Positions 51,301 through 60,388 of a stretch of 64,000 nucleotides of DNA are shown piece after piece. The first letter of the stretch is position 1; each line of letters opens with the position of its first letter. The position numbers and the translations under genes are program-made. Origin of the DNA: Thermodesulfobacteriota bacterium (GTDB lineage Bacteria > Desulfobacterota_D > UBA1144 > Nemesobacterales > Nemesobacteraceae); the NCBI GenBank assembly GCA_965202785.1, contig OZ241855.1:160001-224000 (forward strand), given 5' to 3'. The notes beneath the pieces are model-generated. The model saw only the letters and a list, made by a program, of their open reading frames with translations, was not told where the DNA came from and did no database searches.

Positions 51301-52344
51301 TCAGAGAATGCGGACCTTGGTGTCGGTGGTGCCAGCTTCTTTTATCTCGCCGATAAGGTAAGCCGGTTCCGACAGGTTCCGCGCGAAGGACAAAGCTTCT
51401 TCGGCCTGCTCCCGCGGCAGCACCGCTATCATTCCCACCCCGCAGTTAAACGTCGAGTACATCTCGTCGCGGCTTATGTTCCCGGTTTTCATTATCAGGT
51501 CAAAAATGGGAGCAGCCTGCCAGCTTTTGCTATCAATTGCCGCAAAAAGTCCGTCAGGAATCACCCTTGAGAGGTTTCCCGGAATCCCCCCGCCCGTCAC
51601 GTGGGCAAGGGCTTTTACGTCAAATTCCGCACAGAGCCCGAGAATGGCTTTCGAGTATATGACCGTGGGTGTGAGAAGTTCCTCTCCAATGGTTTTTGAG
51701 AGACTTCGGAGCTTTGAATCAATGGAGTAGCCTCCGACATCGAAAAGCACTTTTCTCGCAAGAGAGTAGCCGTTTGAGTGAAGACCGCTTGAAGCAAGCC
51801 CGATTACCGCGTCGCCGGGAACTACCCCGGCGCCGTCAATATAAAGATCTTTCTCCACCACCCCGACACAGAAACCTGCGAGATCAAACTCCCCTTCGGC
51901 GTAAAATCCGGGCATCTCAGCCGTCTCGCCCCCGATAAGCACGCACCCCGCCTGGACACATCCCTCGCAGATACCTTTTACCACCGCAGCTGCTTGCTCG
52001 GAGTCAAGCTTCGAAGTAGCCAGGTAATCAAGGAAGAACAGAGGTTTTGCGCCGCACGTAATCACGTCGTTAACGCTCATGGCGACCAAGTCTATTCCTA
52101 TCGTATCAAACTTGCGTGCGGAAAAAGCCGTTTTGAGTTTTGTGCCGACGCCGTCTGTGGCCGATACAAGCAGGGGCTCGCGGAAAGCATCCGTATCAAG
52201 CGGAAAAGCGCCCGCAAAACCCCCGAGCGGGCTTACTTTGCTTTCGCCGTAGGTCGACTCGACTAGAGGCTTTATAAGCCGCACGAACCTCTCGCCTTCT
52301 TCCACGTCAACACCGGCGCTTTTGTAAGTAACCTTTTCCGACAC
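51301..52344 (-). CDS. purM: Phosphoribosylformylglycinamidine cyclo-ligase
   Basis: TYKSAGVD, TDGVGTK, GGETAEMPG and SSGLHSNGYSL motifs. Confidence 0.97.
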   Translation of the reverse strand: MSEKVTYKSAGVDVEEGERFVRLIKPLVESTYGESKVSPLGGFAGAFPLDTDAFREPLLVSATDGVGTKLKTAFSARKFDTIGIDLVAMSVNDVITCGAKPLFFLDYLATSKLDSEQAAAVVKGICEGCVQAGCVLIGGETAEMPGFYAEGEFDLAGFCVGVVEKDLYIDGAGVVPGDAVIGLASSGLHSNGYSLARKVLFDVGGYSIDSKLRSLSKTIGEELLTPTVIYSKAILGLCAEFDVKALAHVTGGGIPGNLSRVIPDGLFAAIDSKSWQAAPIFDLIMKTGNISRDEMYSTFNCGVGMIAVLPREQAEEALSFARNLSEPAYLIGEIKEAGTTDTKVRIL

Positions 52345-52362
52345 GAAAAAAGAGACCGTCTG

Positions 52363-52977
52363 TTAATTGACGACCTTCATGGACAAAATAGACACCGTCT
52401 CGACGGGAACATCTCCCGGTCTGGTCTGAACAGCGGCGATTTTGTCAACAACTTCGATTCCCTCAACCACTTTTCCGAACACCGCATAACCGAAATCACG
52501 GACACCATGATCAAGAAAAGAATTGTCTCTGTGATTTATAAAAAACTGTGACGTCGCGGAGTCAACATCGGCGGTCCTGGCCATTGCTATGGTGCCGCGT
52601 TCATTTTTAAGACCGTTATCGGCCTCGTTTTTTATCGGGGCTTTAGTCGGCTTTTGTTTCATGTCCGCGGTTATACCGCCACCCTGTACCATGAAATTAT
52701 TTATCACCCTGTGAAATATGGTGTTGTCGTAAAAACCCTCTTCCACGTAGGAAAGAAAATTCGCCACGGTAATCGGCGCCTTTTCTTCATAAAGCTCAAG
52801 TTTTATGTCGCCCAGCGAAGTTGAAATAAGAACCATTGGTTTTCTCCTTTCTTTCTTGCCGCTCGATTTAGCGGACGTATTTTTGTTATTACTGGAATCG
52901 GAATTAGAGTACCCGTCACCGGGAAAAGCAATCAAAGCGAAAATAAAGCATAGAGCGAAAACAACTGCGTTTTTCAT
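52363..52977 (-). CDS. ppiA: Cyclophilin-type peptidyl-prolyl isomerase with signal peptide
   Basis: [29 protein letters not shown] and GYAVFGKV motifs. Confidence 0.9.
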   Translation of the reverse strand: MKNAVVFALCFIFALIAFPGDGYSNSDSSNNKNTSAKSSGKKERRKPMVLISTSLGDIKLELYEEKAPITVANFLSYVEEGFYDNTIFHRVINNFMVQGGGITADMKQKPTKAPIKNEADNGLKNERGTIAMARTADVDSATSQFFINHRDNSFLDHGVRDFGYAVFGKVVEGIEVVDKIAAVQTRPGDVPVETVSILSMKVVN

Positions 52978-53237
52978 TGGAGACCTCTGGATCGTAGATT
53001 TAAGAAGAAATGGAATTCGTTCTATCTAAAACGGGCGGTAAAAAGTTCCTCAGACACCGCTGGCTTTCTTCTTCCCGTCGCCCGTAATGATAGCACAAAG
53101 AAGTGAAACAGTGAACTTTTATTTCCCTGCCCAAGCAAGCAAAAGAGGCAGCACCGTGTTTACAGTGTCCCCGGCTAAAGGGATAATTACCCGTGCGCTT
53201 TACACCCCGCGCGAACACAAAAAAACGGAGACAGACA

Positions 53238-54170
53238 ATGGGCAGACCCGAATTCGGAGTAATGCTGAGACAGCAGAAAATAGATTTTGAGGATATAAAG
53301 GCCGCGGCGCAGTTATGCGACTCGACCGGATACGATTCCGTTTGGTTCTACGATCATGTTCTAGGTCAGGGAATAATAGGGATAGACATCTATGAACCTT
53401 GGACTTTAATGTCCGCACTCTCGACAGTAACGGAGAACGTTAAGCTCGGAACGATGGTGCTCTGCAACCCATTCAGGTACCCTCCCCTGCTTGCCAAGAT
53501 GGCTTCAACGCTTGACGTGATAAGCAACGGACGCCTGGAATTCGCAATAGGGGCCGGATGGTTTGAAGAGGAATTTCGCGCTTACGGATATCCCTTTCCT
53601 TCAACGAAAGAAAGAATAGAGATGCTGAGAGAAGCGGTCACGATACTCAAACTGATGTGGGCTGATGAAACCGCCTCTTTTGCCGGCAAACATTACAAAG
53701 TGGAAAACGCGTTTTGTAACCCCAAGCCCGTTCAGCGTCCCCACATTCCAGTATGCATCGGAGGTTCCGGAGAAAAATTCCTCTTAAGGGCAGTGGCGGA
53801 ACTCGCCGATGAATGGAACTGTCCCGCGACAAGCGCAATTGAATTTGACCGCAAGCACTCGATACTCCGCAAGCACTGCGAGGAAGTCGGGAGAGAGATA
53901 AAAGATATAACGATATCTCAGCAGACCGTCTGCGTTCTGGTTGAGGACAGAAAAGATCTCCCCGAAAAACTCGAAAAGGCCCAGAGACGCTATGGATTCT
54001 TCGGAGACATAGAAAAACTCGGGATCGTGGGAACCCCGGAAGACTGCGTAGGAAAGATCAACGCGGATCTGGAAAAGGGAATATCCAAGTACACGATTTT
54101 CTTCTCCGACGTGATGAATCCCAAGACCATAGAGCTTTTCGCAAAGGAAGTAATACCCGAATTCAGATAA
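53238..54170 (+). CDS. Luciferase-like monooxygenase (LLM) class oxidoreductase, possibly F420-dependent
   Basis: W..DH, EPWT..SAL, LAKMA.TLDVISNGRL..GAGW.E.E..AYG and PKPVQ.PH.P..IGG.GEK motifs. Confidence 0.88.
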   Translation: MGRPEFGVMLRQQKIDFEDIKAAAQLCDSTGYDSVWFYDHVLGQGIIGIDIYEPWTLMSALSTVTENVKLGTMVLCNPFRYPPLLAKMASTLDVISNGRLEFAIGAGWFEEEFRAYGYPFPSTKERIEMLREAVTILKLMWADETASFAGKHYKVENAFCNPKPVQRPHIPVCIGGSGEKFLLRAVAELADEWNCPATSAIEFDRKHSILRKHCEEVGREIKDITISQQTVCVLVEDRKDLPEKLEKAQRRYGFFGDIEKLGIVGTPEDCVGKINADLEKGISKYTIFFSDVMNPKTIELFAKEVIPEFR

Positions 54171-54292
54171 AGATTAGGCTGTTGGAGTTCTTCACTGATT
54201 TGCAATCTCTTCTGCGCAATCTGCTTCTTTCGAACCTCTGCTATTGAAGTTTGAACTAATAGTGAATAGTTTATAATTAGGATGTGGACACT

Positions 54293-54634
54293 ATGAAAAC
54301 AGCATTGCTACTGGCAACATGCTTCGCATTGTTTCTTACCGGCGGTGTGGCGAATGCTTTCTCCACATGTCCAATGAACATGGAGAAGGCTTCCGCCGAA
54401 ATGCAGATGGACGCCAACATGGACATGCCTTGCCATGAAACAAAAGATTCGGAAGATCGAAGCTCCGAACAATGCGATGGCTGTGACTGCCAGCATTGTG
54501 TCCAGATAAACGCATTGCCGCTTGAAGAATTAAAAGATCATCACGGGGGATCTGCTGTCGGAATTCTTGCCGATCAGCTTCTGTCCTCCCGCCAGATCGA
54601 AACCCATTTCCGACCTCCAAAACACCTCTCCTGA
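54293..54634 (+). CDS. Cys-rich secreted leader protein ending RPP (CopL/CutF/DUF2946-like)
   Basis: Signal peptide ending ANA; CPM, Met-rich stretch, PCH, CDGCDCQHC; C-terminal HFRPPKHLS. Confidence 0.7.
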   Translation: MKTALLLATCFALFLTGGVANAFSTCPMNMEKASAEMQMDANMDMPCHETKDSEDRSSEQCDGCDCQHCVQINALPLEELKDHHGGSAVGILADQLLSSRQIETHFRPPKHLS

Positions 54635-54707
54635 GCAAATCGCGCGCGTCCGCGCGCTATAAACGGCTTCGCCTCGGCGTCGTCAAGCCATAATCGATAC
54701 TCAGGAG
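54628..54707 (+). promoter_or_regulatory. RBS-sequestering RNA structure
   Basis: CTCCTGAG (54628-54635, spanning the leader stop) is the exact reverse complement of CTCAGGAG (54700-54707, SD of the next gene). Internal hairpins GCGCGCG/CGCGCGC and GGCTT/AAGCC. Confidence 0.7.
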
Positions 54708-54712
54708 GAAAC

Positions 54713-55360
54713 ATGAAATTAACAGTTTTCACTTTATGCTGCGTGATCCTGATGGGATACGCCCCTCAGTCTTTGTCTCGTCCGGTTTCATATCCGGGCG
54801 GCTGGACGATCATGCAGAAAAACGACAAGAACGCGCATTCTCTTCACGTTCATTATTCACCGACGGCCAAGTATTCGATAGGATACAGAACCGAATACTG
54901 GCGCGAGGAGGAGTGGCAGTTCCACGGCGCACAGCTTAACTATCTGGTGAAGCGCCATAATGCGGCGACCTCACAGGCAAACTTTTATCTTAAAGGCGGT
55001 CTTGGCATGGCCTACGGTGATCTCGGAGTGCCCGACGGCGAACCCCAGCCCGCCGCCTTTGCCGATATCGCCCTTGACTGGGAAACCCGGCGGTACTTTA
55101 CGAGTTATGAGAACCGCGTCTACTACGCCGAAGACATAGCGAAGTTCTTCAGGCAGAAAGCGCGGGTGGGAATCGCCCCTTATATCGGGGACTACGGCGA
55201 TATCCACACTTGGCTGATGCTGCAAGTTGACCACATCACGGGGGAGAGAGATAACATCTCGTTTACGCCTTTTGTCCGGTTTTTTAAGAACGAGTATCTC
55301 GCTGAGGTCGGAATCAGCGACAAAGGTGGGATTTTGTTCAATTTAATAATAAGATTTTAA
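54713..55360 (+). CDS. Exported protein, probable outer-membrane beta-barrel
   Basis: Signal peptide, RPVSYPGG start of mature part, alternating aromatic beta-strand pattern, terminal F. Confidence 0.6.
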   Translation: MKLTVFTLCCVILMGYAPQSLSRPVSYPGGWTIMQKNDKNAHSLHVHYSPTAKYSIGYRTEYWREEEWQFHGAQLNYLVKRHNAATSQANFYLKGGLGMAYGDLGVPDGEPQPAAFADIALDWETRRYFTSYENRVYYAEDIAKFFRQKARVGIAPYIGDYGDIHTWLMLQVDHITGERDNISFTPFVRFFKNEYLAEVGISDKGGILFNLIIRF

Positions 55361-55370
55361 GGAGAAAACT

Positions 55371-55760
55371 ATGAAAATATCAATCACAGTGATTCTTTTT
55401 ATGACGTTTTTCTTTGTGTTCCCAATCCTTGCACAACATGGAGAACACGAACATAACCATAGCCATGAAGGTCAGGTGGTGGAGCCCTCTGCCGCTTCAA
55501 ACAATATGGAAAACGCCGCCTGTGAAGACACCGTCAATATCAAGGTCAGCGGGCTTGTATGCGATTTCTGCGCCCGTTCCCTGGAAAAAGTCTTCCTGAA
55601 ACGCGGCGATGTTGCGGGAATCAAGGTTGATCTCGGCAAAGGCTCCGTAGCGGTCGCTATGAAGCCCGGATTAACCATTGATGATGCAACGCTTACGAAG
55701 CTTATCACGGACTCAGGGTACAAAGTGAGCGCAATTCACAGGGGGTGCGAGCATGGATAA
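55371..55760 (+). CDS. Periplasmic heavy-metal-associated (HMA) domain protein
   Basis: Signal peptide, His-rich HGEHEHNHSHE, and V.GLVCDFCA (GMxCxxC-like)...I.DSGY. Confidence 0.85.
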   Translation: MKISITVILFMTFFFVFPILAQHGEHEHNHSHEGQVVEPSAASNNMENAACEDTVNIKVSGLVCDFCARSLEKVFLKRGDVAGIKVDLGKGSVAVAMKPGLTIDDATLTKLITDSGYKVSAIHRGCEHG

Positions 55761-56148
55761 CGCAAATCCCGGCTATGGAGTGAAGCAAACGCTTCTCCCC
55801 TCGCTTAGCCTGCTTACATCCGCTGGAACACTTGTGTGCTGCGCCCTTCCCGCATTATTAGTGACGATCGGCGCCGGCGCGGTTCTGGCGGGAATCGTAG
55901 GCACCGCACCCTGGCTGATCGCGTTGTCAAAATACAAGATCTGGACGTTTGGAATCTCAGGCGCAATGCTTCTAATCGCCGGAGTCGCGCTCTGGAGGGC
56001 AAGAAACGCCCCCTGCCCGATTGACCCGGCTCAGGCAATGGCGTGTGCCAGATTACGAAAGACAAGCAACTGGATATACCTGTTATCCGTGCTCCTGTGG
56101 TGCGTGGGGTTTTTCTTCGCTTTTATCGCCGTGAGAGTTTTTTACTGA
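55753..56148 (+). CDS. MerT-like three-TM metal transporter
   Basis: CCALP Cys pair in TM1, cytoplasmic CP......C, three hydrophobic segments; overlaps the HMA gene stop. Confidence 0.7.
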   Translation: MDNANPGYGVKQTLLPSLSLLTSAGTLVCCALPALLVTIGAGAVLAGIVGTAPWLIALSKYKIWTFGISGAMLLIAGVALWRARNAPCPIDPAQAMACARLRKTSNWIYLLSVLLWCVGFFFAFIAVRVFY

Positions 56149-56196
56149 CATCTTTCGGGTCAAAAGATTAGGGAAATGTCCGGGAAAACCGGCGTT

Positions 56197-56221
56197 TCCC
56201 TAGCCTGCAGGGGACTAGGGA
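56197..56221. terminator. Hairpin between convergent genes
   Basis: TCCCTAG...CTAGGGA inverted repeat; weak U tracts. Confidence 0.4.
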
Positions 56222-56227
56222 TGTTGG

Positions 56228-56578
56228 TCAGGAATTTTTCTGGCCTCCGAAAGACTCTAGGACCATCTCGGCGAACTCGCCCGCGAATTCTCTTATTCTG
56301 TTCGATATCTGCTTCTCGGAAGTAGCCCTTTCGTAAGTATCGGCCATTCTCATCATCGTATAGTAGAAATGGTAGTTCATTTCGCCCACTTCCATTTTCT
56401 TGGTCCAGAGATCTATTACCAGAGATTCCTTCTTCTCGGCATCCCACATGGAGAGGAAAGCCGCCTCGCAGCGTTTTTCTCCCGGTTCCTCAGACTGAGA
56501 AGCCTCCCAGAAAAGCTCTTCGGGAACATTGTCGTCCCCCAGTATTACCTTCAGTTTTATTTCAGCGTCTTTGGACAT
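56228..56578 (-). CDS. gldC: GldC family protein
   Basis: I...V.L..NVPE.L.W.A, LS.WD...KE.L.IDLWTK.M.V.EM and MADTYERAT pattern. Confidence 0.75.
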   Translation of the reverse strand: MSKDAEIKLKVILGDDNVPEELFWEASQSEEPGEKRCEAAFLSMWDAEKKESLVIDLWTKKMEVGEMNYHFYYTMMRMADTYERATSEKQISNRIREFAGEFAEMVLESFGGQKNS

Positions 56579-56717
56579 GGAAGACTCCTTAACAGATGGT
56601 TTTATGAAAAAAGCGGAAGAAAACCCGCACGGAAATTATATCCGGTTTCGATTAAAGCGTTTCAAGATGGTCAATGAACTGGGCTAGTGCGAATTCGTTC
56701 ATTAAACAAAGACAGAT

Positions 56718-57968
56718 TTATGCTTTCATTAGTTTTTGGGGATTGCGTAAACTGCGCCATGCATTAGTCTCTTTTTCGATATTGGGAATCCAAGTTTTCA
56801 ACGCATTGATCCTTTCCATTGTGTAGTCCTTAGCAAATGCGTAGTTCTCGTCCTTCATATTCTTTTCAAGCAGAACAGCAATCGTAACTGCGGCTGTTAC
56901 TTGCAATAAAAACGCCCCAGGAAGCAGAACAAGCGCCCCGGAAATAATCGAACTTTTTACAATCCCTTCAGTTGAGGCTTTGACGCTAAGATCGGTTCCA
57001 GTCGCAATTGCATATGCAATGGAAGAGATCATGACCAAGGCCAGAAGCGGGTTGGCGGAAACAATGCTCACAATCCCCATTGCTCCAAGTGCTTCAGACA
57101 ATTCTTCAATCTGTTCCGTTTTCAGAAAATACACTACTGCCGCTGCTGATATTCCGGCCCCGAGTATCTCCAAGGCATCATAAGATAAAGCGTCGTAAGT
57201 CCAATTTCTGCTGACTCCGTAATTGCTCAACTTGTTAGCCAAAGAATCATAGGTCTGCTTTTCCATAGTCATAAAGGGCAACCCTTTTGGTGTGGTAGCG
57301 TCCTTCCACAAGGCCCCGAAATACCCGTTCACCTGCTCCCTAGTCGAACATCCGGTTTTGGCACACATGTCGGCAATATTCGACCAAGCTCCTCCGAGGG
57401 TGTGTCTTCCGTCAAACAGCCTGTGGTTAGGACCGCCCGCATAGGTCTTTAGGTATTCTGCGTCTAGTACTTTATCGAAGTTTGTAGGTACGGATTTTGT
57501 TAATGTCTCAAGATAGTTAAGCCATTGGCTTTGAGAGATTATAGGCAGAACGGTCGAAAGGTCGGCAACGCCTCCAGGGTAATCTTTTGCATAATAAAGA
57601 GCCGGAAGCGTGCGTTCTTTCGCAATCTTTACATAATACAGCCCGTCTTTTCTTTTCTCGTAACTGTGTCCAATCCCGCGCAAAGAGTAGGAATACCCCG
57701 ACTTTGCGAGTTCCCTGCTTTCTTCCAGTCCCCGTTTTGCGTATTCCGCATACGGAGACACTCCGCCCCTCAGGTTCTGGACAGCTACTTTGCTCCCTTG
57801 GGTAAAAACCGAGTACAAACCCGCAATCATCTCTTTCGTTACTCTCTCTTTTGAAAACTCCCACGCATACGCTTGGGAGTAAGGAGCCGAGACCAGAATT
57901 GCCGCCAGCAGGAAAGAACAGGTGATATTCAGCCGAATCTTGGTCACACGCAAAACCGGGAAGGTCAA
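56718..57968 (-). CDS. Hypothetical exported/membrane protein
   Basis: Long AT-richer ORF; N-terminal hydrophobic segment ending AYA; HRLFDGRHT motif; several C-terminal hydrophobic helices. Start uncertain. Confidence 0.6.
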   Translation of the reverse strand: MTFPVLRVTKIRLNITCSFLLAAILVSAPYSQAYAWEFSKERVTKEMIAGLYSVFTQGSKVAVQNLRGGVSPYAEYAKRGLEESRELAKSGYSYSLRGIGHSYEKRKDGLYYVKIAKERTLPALYYAKDYPGGVADLSTVLPIISQSQWLNYLETLTKSVPTNFDKVLDAEYLKTYAGGPNHRLFDGRHTLGGAWSNIADMCAKTGCSTREQVNGYFGALWKDATTPKGLPFMTMEKQTYDSLANKLSNYGVSRNWTYDALSYDALEILGAGISAAAVVYFLKTEQIEELSEALGAMGIVSIVSANPLLALVMISSIAYAIATGTDLSVKASTEGIVKSSIISGALVLLPGAFLLQVTAAVTIAVLLEKNMKDENYAFAKDYTMERINALKTWIPNIEKETNAWRSLRNPQKLMKA

Positions 57969-57970
57969 GG

Positions 57971-58120
57971 TTACCAGGGGAGTTTGCCCATCAATGGAGC
58001 TATCTTGGTGCCGAAAAGTGCTACGGTGGCCACTATACCTATAAAAGCCGCGATACCGATAGCCACTTTCACAGTGAAAAGCAGAACTATTTTGTCGAGC
58101 TGTTCAGGAGTAAGTTTCAT
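57971..58120 (-). CDS. 49-aa single-TM protein directly after actF
   Basis: ATG lies 1 nt after the actF stop; GGAGGAGG RBS inside the actF 3' end; long hydrophobic helix. Confidence 0.6.
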   Translation of the reverse strand: MKLTPEQLDKIVLLFTVKVAIGIAAFIGIVATVALFGTKIAPLMGKLPW

Positions 58121-58121
58121 C

Positions 58122-59300
58122 TCAATGCCCTCCTCCTTTCGATTTGCCGTCAAAGTACGGGTCGCCAAAAGGTATTACTGGAAACCTGTTTACAAACAGA
58201 AGGAACGTTGCTACAAATCCCGCAAGAAAACCGAGAGTGATCAGGAAGTGATTGATACTGAAAACCAGTTCGTTGGTAAGCGAGGGGATGACCAGCAGGA
58301 ACTTGTCCATCCAGAGTCCCGAGAAAGAAACCGTAGCGATAAAGACGGCTATCGGGGTAACTATCTTGTGTGAGCGGGGCAGCAGGGAGACAAAAGGAAA
58401 TATGAAGCAGCATGTGAGGATAGCCCACGCAAGCGAGCGGAAGGGCTCATCCACTACCCTTTTTATCACAAACCCGGTCTCTTCAGGCATGTTCGCATAC
58501 CAGATCGTAAGAAGCTGGGAAAACATTAGGTAAACCCAGAAAAGAGAAAAACCCTGAAGTATCTTTCCCATATCCCAGTAATGATGAAGGGAAAGGTAGT
58601 CGTCAAGCCCCAGATAACGCTTTAGGGGAACCGAAAGTATTATCGTCGCCCCTATGGCCGCTATGAGGCTTCCAATAAAGTAGTAGGGACCGAAAAGCGT
58701 GCTGAACCAGTGAGGATCAAGCGACATCATGAAATCCCAGGCGAAAAGGGAAAAAACAAGGGCGTAGACAATAACTATGGCGGGGGCCAGCTTCTTTAAC
58801 CTGACGATTCTCTCCTTGCCGTTTAGATCCTGTTCAATGGATGTTTTAAGGTAGAAGTAGTTCAGAACGAGAAGGATCGCGAAACCTATCACGTTTCTCG
58901 CCATCACGAAATTCATATTAAGCCATATGTCCTTGGGGCTGTGATAGTGATGATGGGCGTAAGGAAGCACAAACTCCTGTCCGATGAAAAGAACCAGCAG
59001 GAGCACTAAAGAGACTAAAGTGAAACTCGCAAAGCCCTCGCTTATGCGAAGAAGTCCCCTGCCCCACCTGGCGTTGGTTATCCTCAGTATGCAGGAGAAC
59101 ACGAGCCCGCCCTGGGCCACTCCCGTCCAGAAAAGAAAATTCACCAGGAAAAGCTGCCAGACCTCCTCGGCCCTCTCTCCCCTGGCGTTAACTACGAAAG
59201 CCACCACACCCACAGCCGCCAGAGCAAGGAAAACCTTGAATACCCAGCCGGGTATCTGGTTTCTTTTCGCGAGTATCTCCTGGTTTATGGACTGATCCAT
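58122..59300 (-). CDS. actF: Alternative complex III membrane subunit F
   Basis: Polytopic; WD..MSLDPHWFST.FG, D.GK and WYAN.PEET motifs. Confidence 0.9.
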   Translation of the reverse strand: MDQSINQEILAKRNQIPGWVFKVFLALAAVGVVAFVVNARGERAEEVWQLFLVNFLFWTGVAQGGLVFSCILRITNARWGRGLLRISEGFASFTLVSLVLLLVLFIGQEFVLPYAHHHYHSPKDIWLNMNFVMARNVIGFAILLVLNYFYLKTSIEQDLNGKERIVRLKKLAPAIVIVYALVFSLFAWDFMMSLDPHWFSTLFGPYYFIGSLIAAIGATIILSVPLKRYLGLDDYLSLHHYWDMGKILQGFSLFWVYLMFSQLLTIWYANMPEETGFVIKRVVDEPFRSLAWAILTCCFIFPFVSLLPRSHKIVTPIAVFIATVSFSGLWMDKFLLVIPSLTNELVFSINHFLITLGFLAGFVATFLLFVNRFPVIPFGDPYFDGKSKGGGH

Positions 59301-59304
59301 CGTT

Positions 59305-59886
59305 CTACTGACTCTCCTTGACAGAACCCGGGTTCTGAAGTTTTCTCACGTAATTGACCACGTGCCAAGCGTCCTGCTCCGATATGTTCTCGCTGTAAGA
59401 AGGCATCATCACCTTGCCCCCGTAGCGTATATAGGCATAGATGTAACCGTCGGTTCTCTGCGCCACGGCAGGCGTGGTAAGGTTAACCGGGTAAAAACCG
59501 AGCCCTTTCTTTATTATGATTCCGTCCCCCAATCCTCCGGGGCCGTGACACACGGCGCATTGCTCTTTGTAAACCTTCGCTCCTCTGGCAACCGACTCAC
59601 CACTTCTGGGAACCGGTCCCTTTTTTATCTGCTCGATCTTGTTTCTGTCTTCAGGCCTCGTTTTGCTGCCGTCGGTGGAGATCGAGTTGCGAGGAAAAAG
59701 CACGGGCTCTTCGTAGGGCTGAATCGAGTCCTGAGACCACATGTCCCAAGACCAGGGAAGCGAATGGGCGGAAGAAGACGAGAGCGCAACCGCAAAAATA
59801 ACCGCCGCGCACACTTTCAGTCCCAAAGAGAGACTGGGAATCCGGGCTTTCCCCGGAACTGTCCGAAAGAACTCTCTATGCTTCAT
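59305..59886 (-). CDS. actE: Alternative complex III monoheme cytochrome c subunit E
   Basis: DMW.Q.SI.PYE, CAVCHG..G.GDG, MPSY and W.VVNYVR.LQ motifs. Confidence 0.88.
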   Translation of the reverse strand: MKHREFFRTVPGKARIPSLSLGLKVCAAVIFAVALSSSSAHSLPWSWDMWSQDSIQPYEEPVLFPRNSISTDGSKTRPEDRNKIEQIKKGPVPRSGESVARGAKVYKEQCAVCHGPGGLGDGIIIKKGLGFYPVNLTTPAVAQRTDGYIYAYIRYGGKVMMPSYSENISEQDAWHVVNYVRKLQNPGSVKESQ

Positions 59887-60382
59887 CGAACTTTATTTCT
59901 TCAGCTCCCGTAGAATTTAATATCGCTTCAACCGCGCCTATTTTTTCCTTCTCACATATAACGGCGACGCCGAACTTGTCATCCGAAAAACGCTCGTCAT
60001 AAAGCCTCACCGGGGTTCTTTGTCTTATAAGGGAATTTATTATCAGCCCCAAAAAAGTTGAGAGCGCGCCGAAAAGCACCGTAAGTTCAAAAACGATAAC
60101 CATGTAGGGAAGTATCGAAACTATGGGCTTGGCACTCACCGCTATCGGCCAGGAGCTTGAAGTAAGAACCGTAAACCCGATTCCGCAGGTGGCCCCCAGC
60201 AGGCCTCCGAAGAGGGTGAAAAACCGCACGGGGCTCTCAGGCAGATCAACCGCCGCCTCAATTTCGTGGTCCGGAAACGGGGAGAACACCCTCATGTTGC
60301 GGTAACCCGCTTCCTTGAGTTTCTCCACGGCCGAAAGAACCGAATCCTGATACGAGTAAATTCCGACTACGCCCTGATCCAT
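59876..60382 (-). CDS. actD: Alternative complex III subunit D (DUF3341)
   Basis: FSPFPDH, two TMs, FELTVLF and RFSDDKF motifs. Confidence 0.9.
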   Translation of the reverse strand: MDQGVVGIYSYQDSVLSAVEKLKEAGYRNMRVFSPFPDHEIEAAVDLPESPVRFFTLFGGLLGATCGIGFTVLTSSSWPIAVSAKPIVSILPYMVIVFELTVLFGALSTFLGLIINSLIRQRTPVRLYDERFSDDKFGVAVICEKEKIGAVEAILNSTGAEEIKFDEA

Positions 60383-60388
60383 TTCCTG

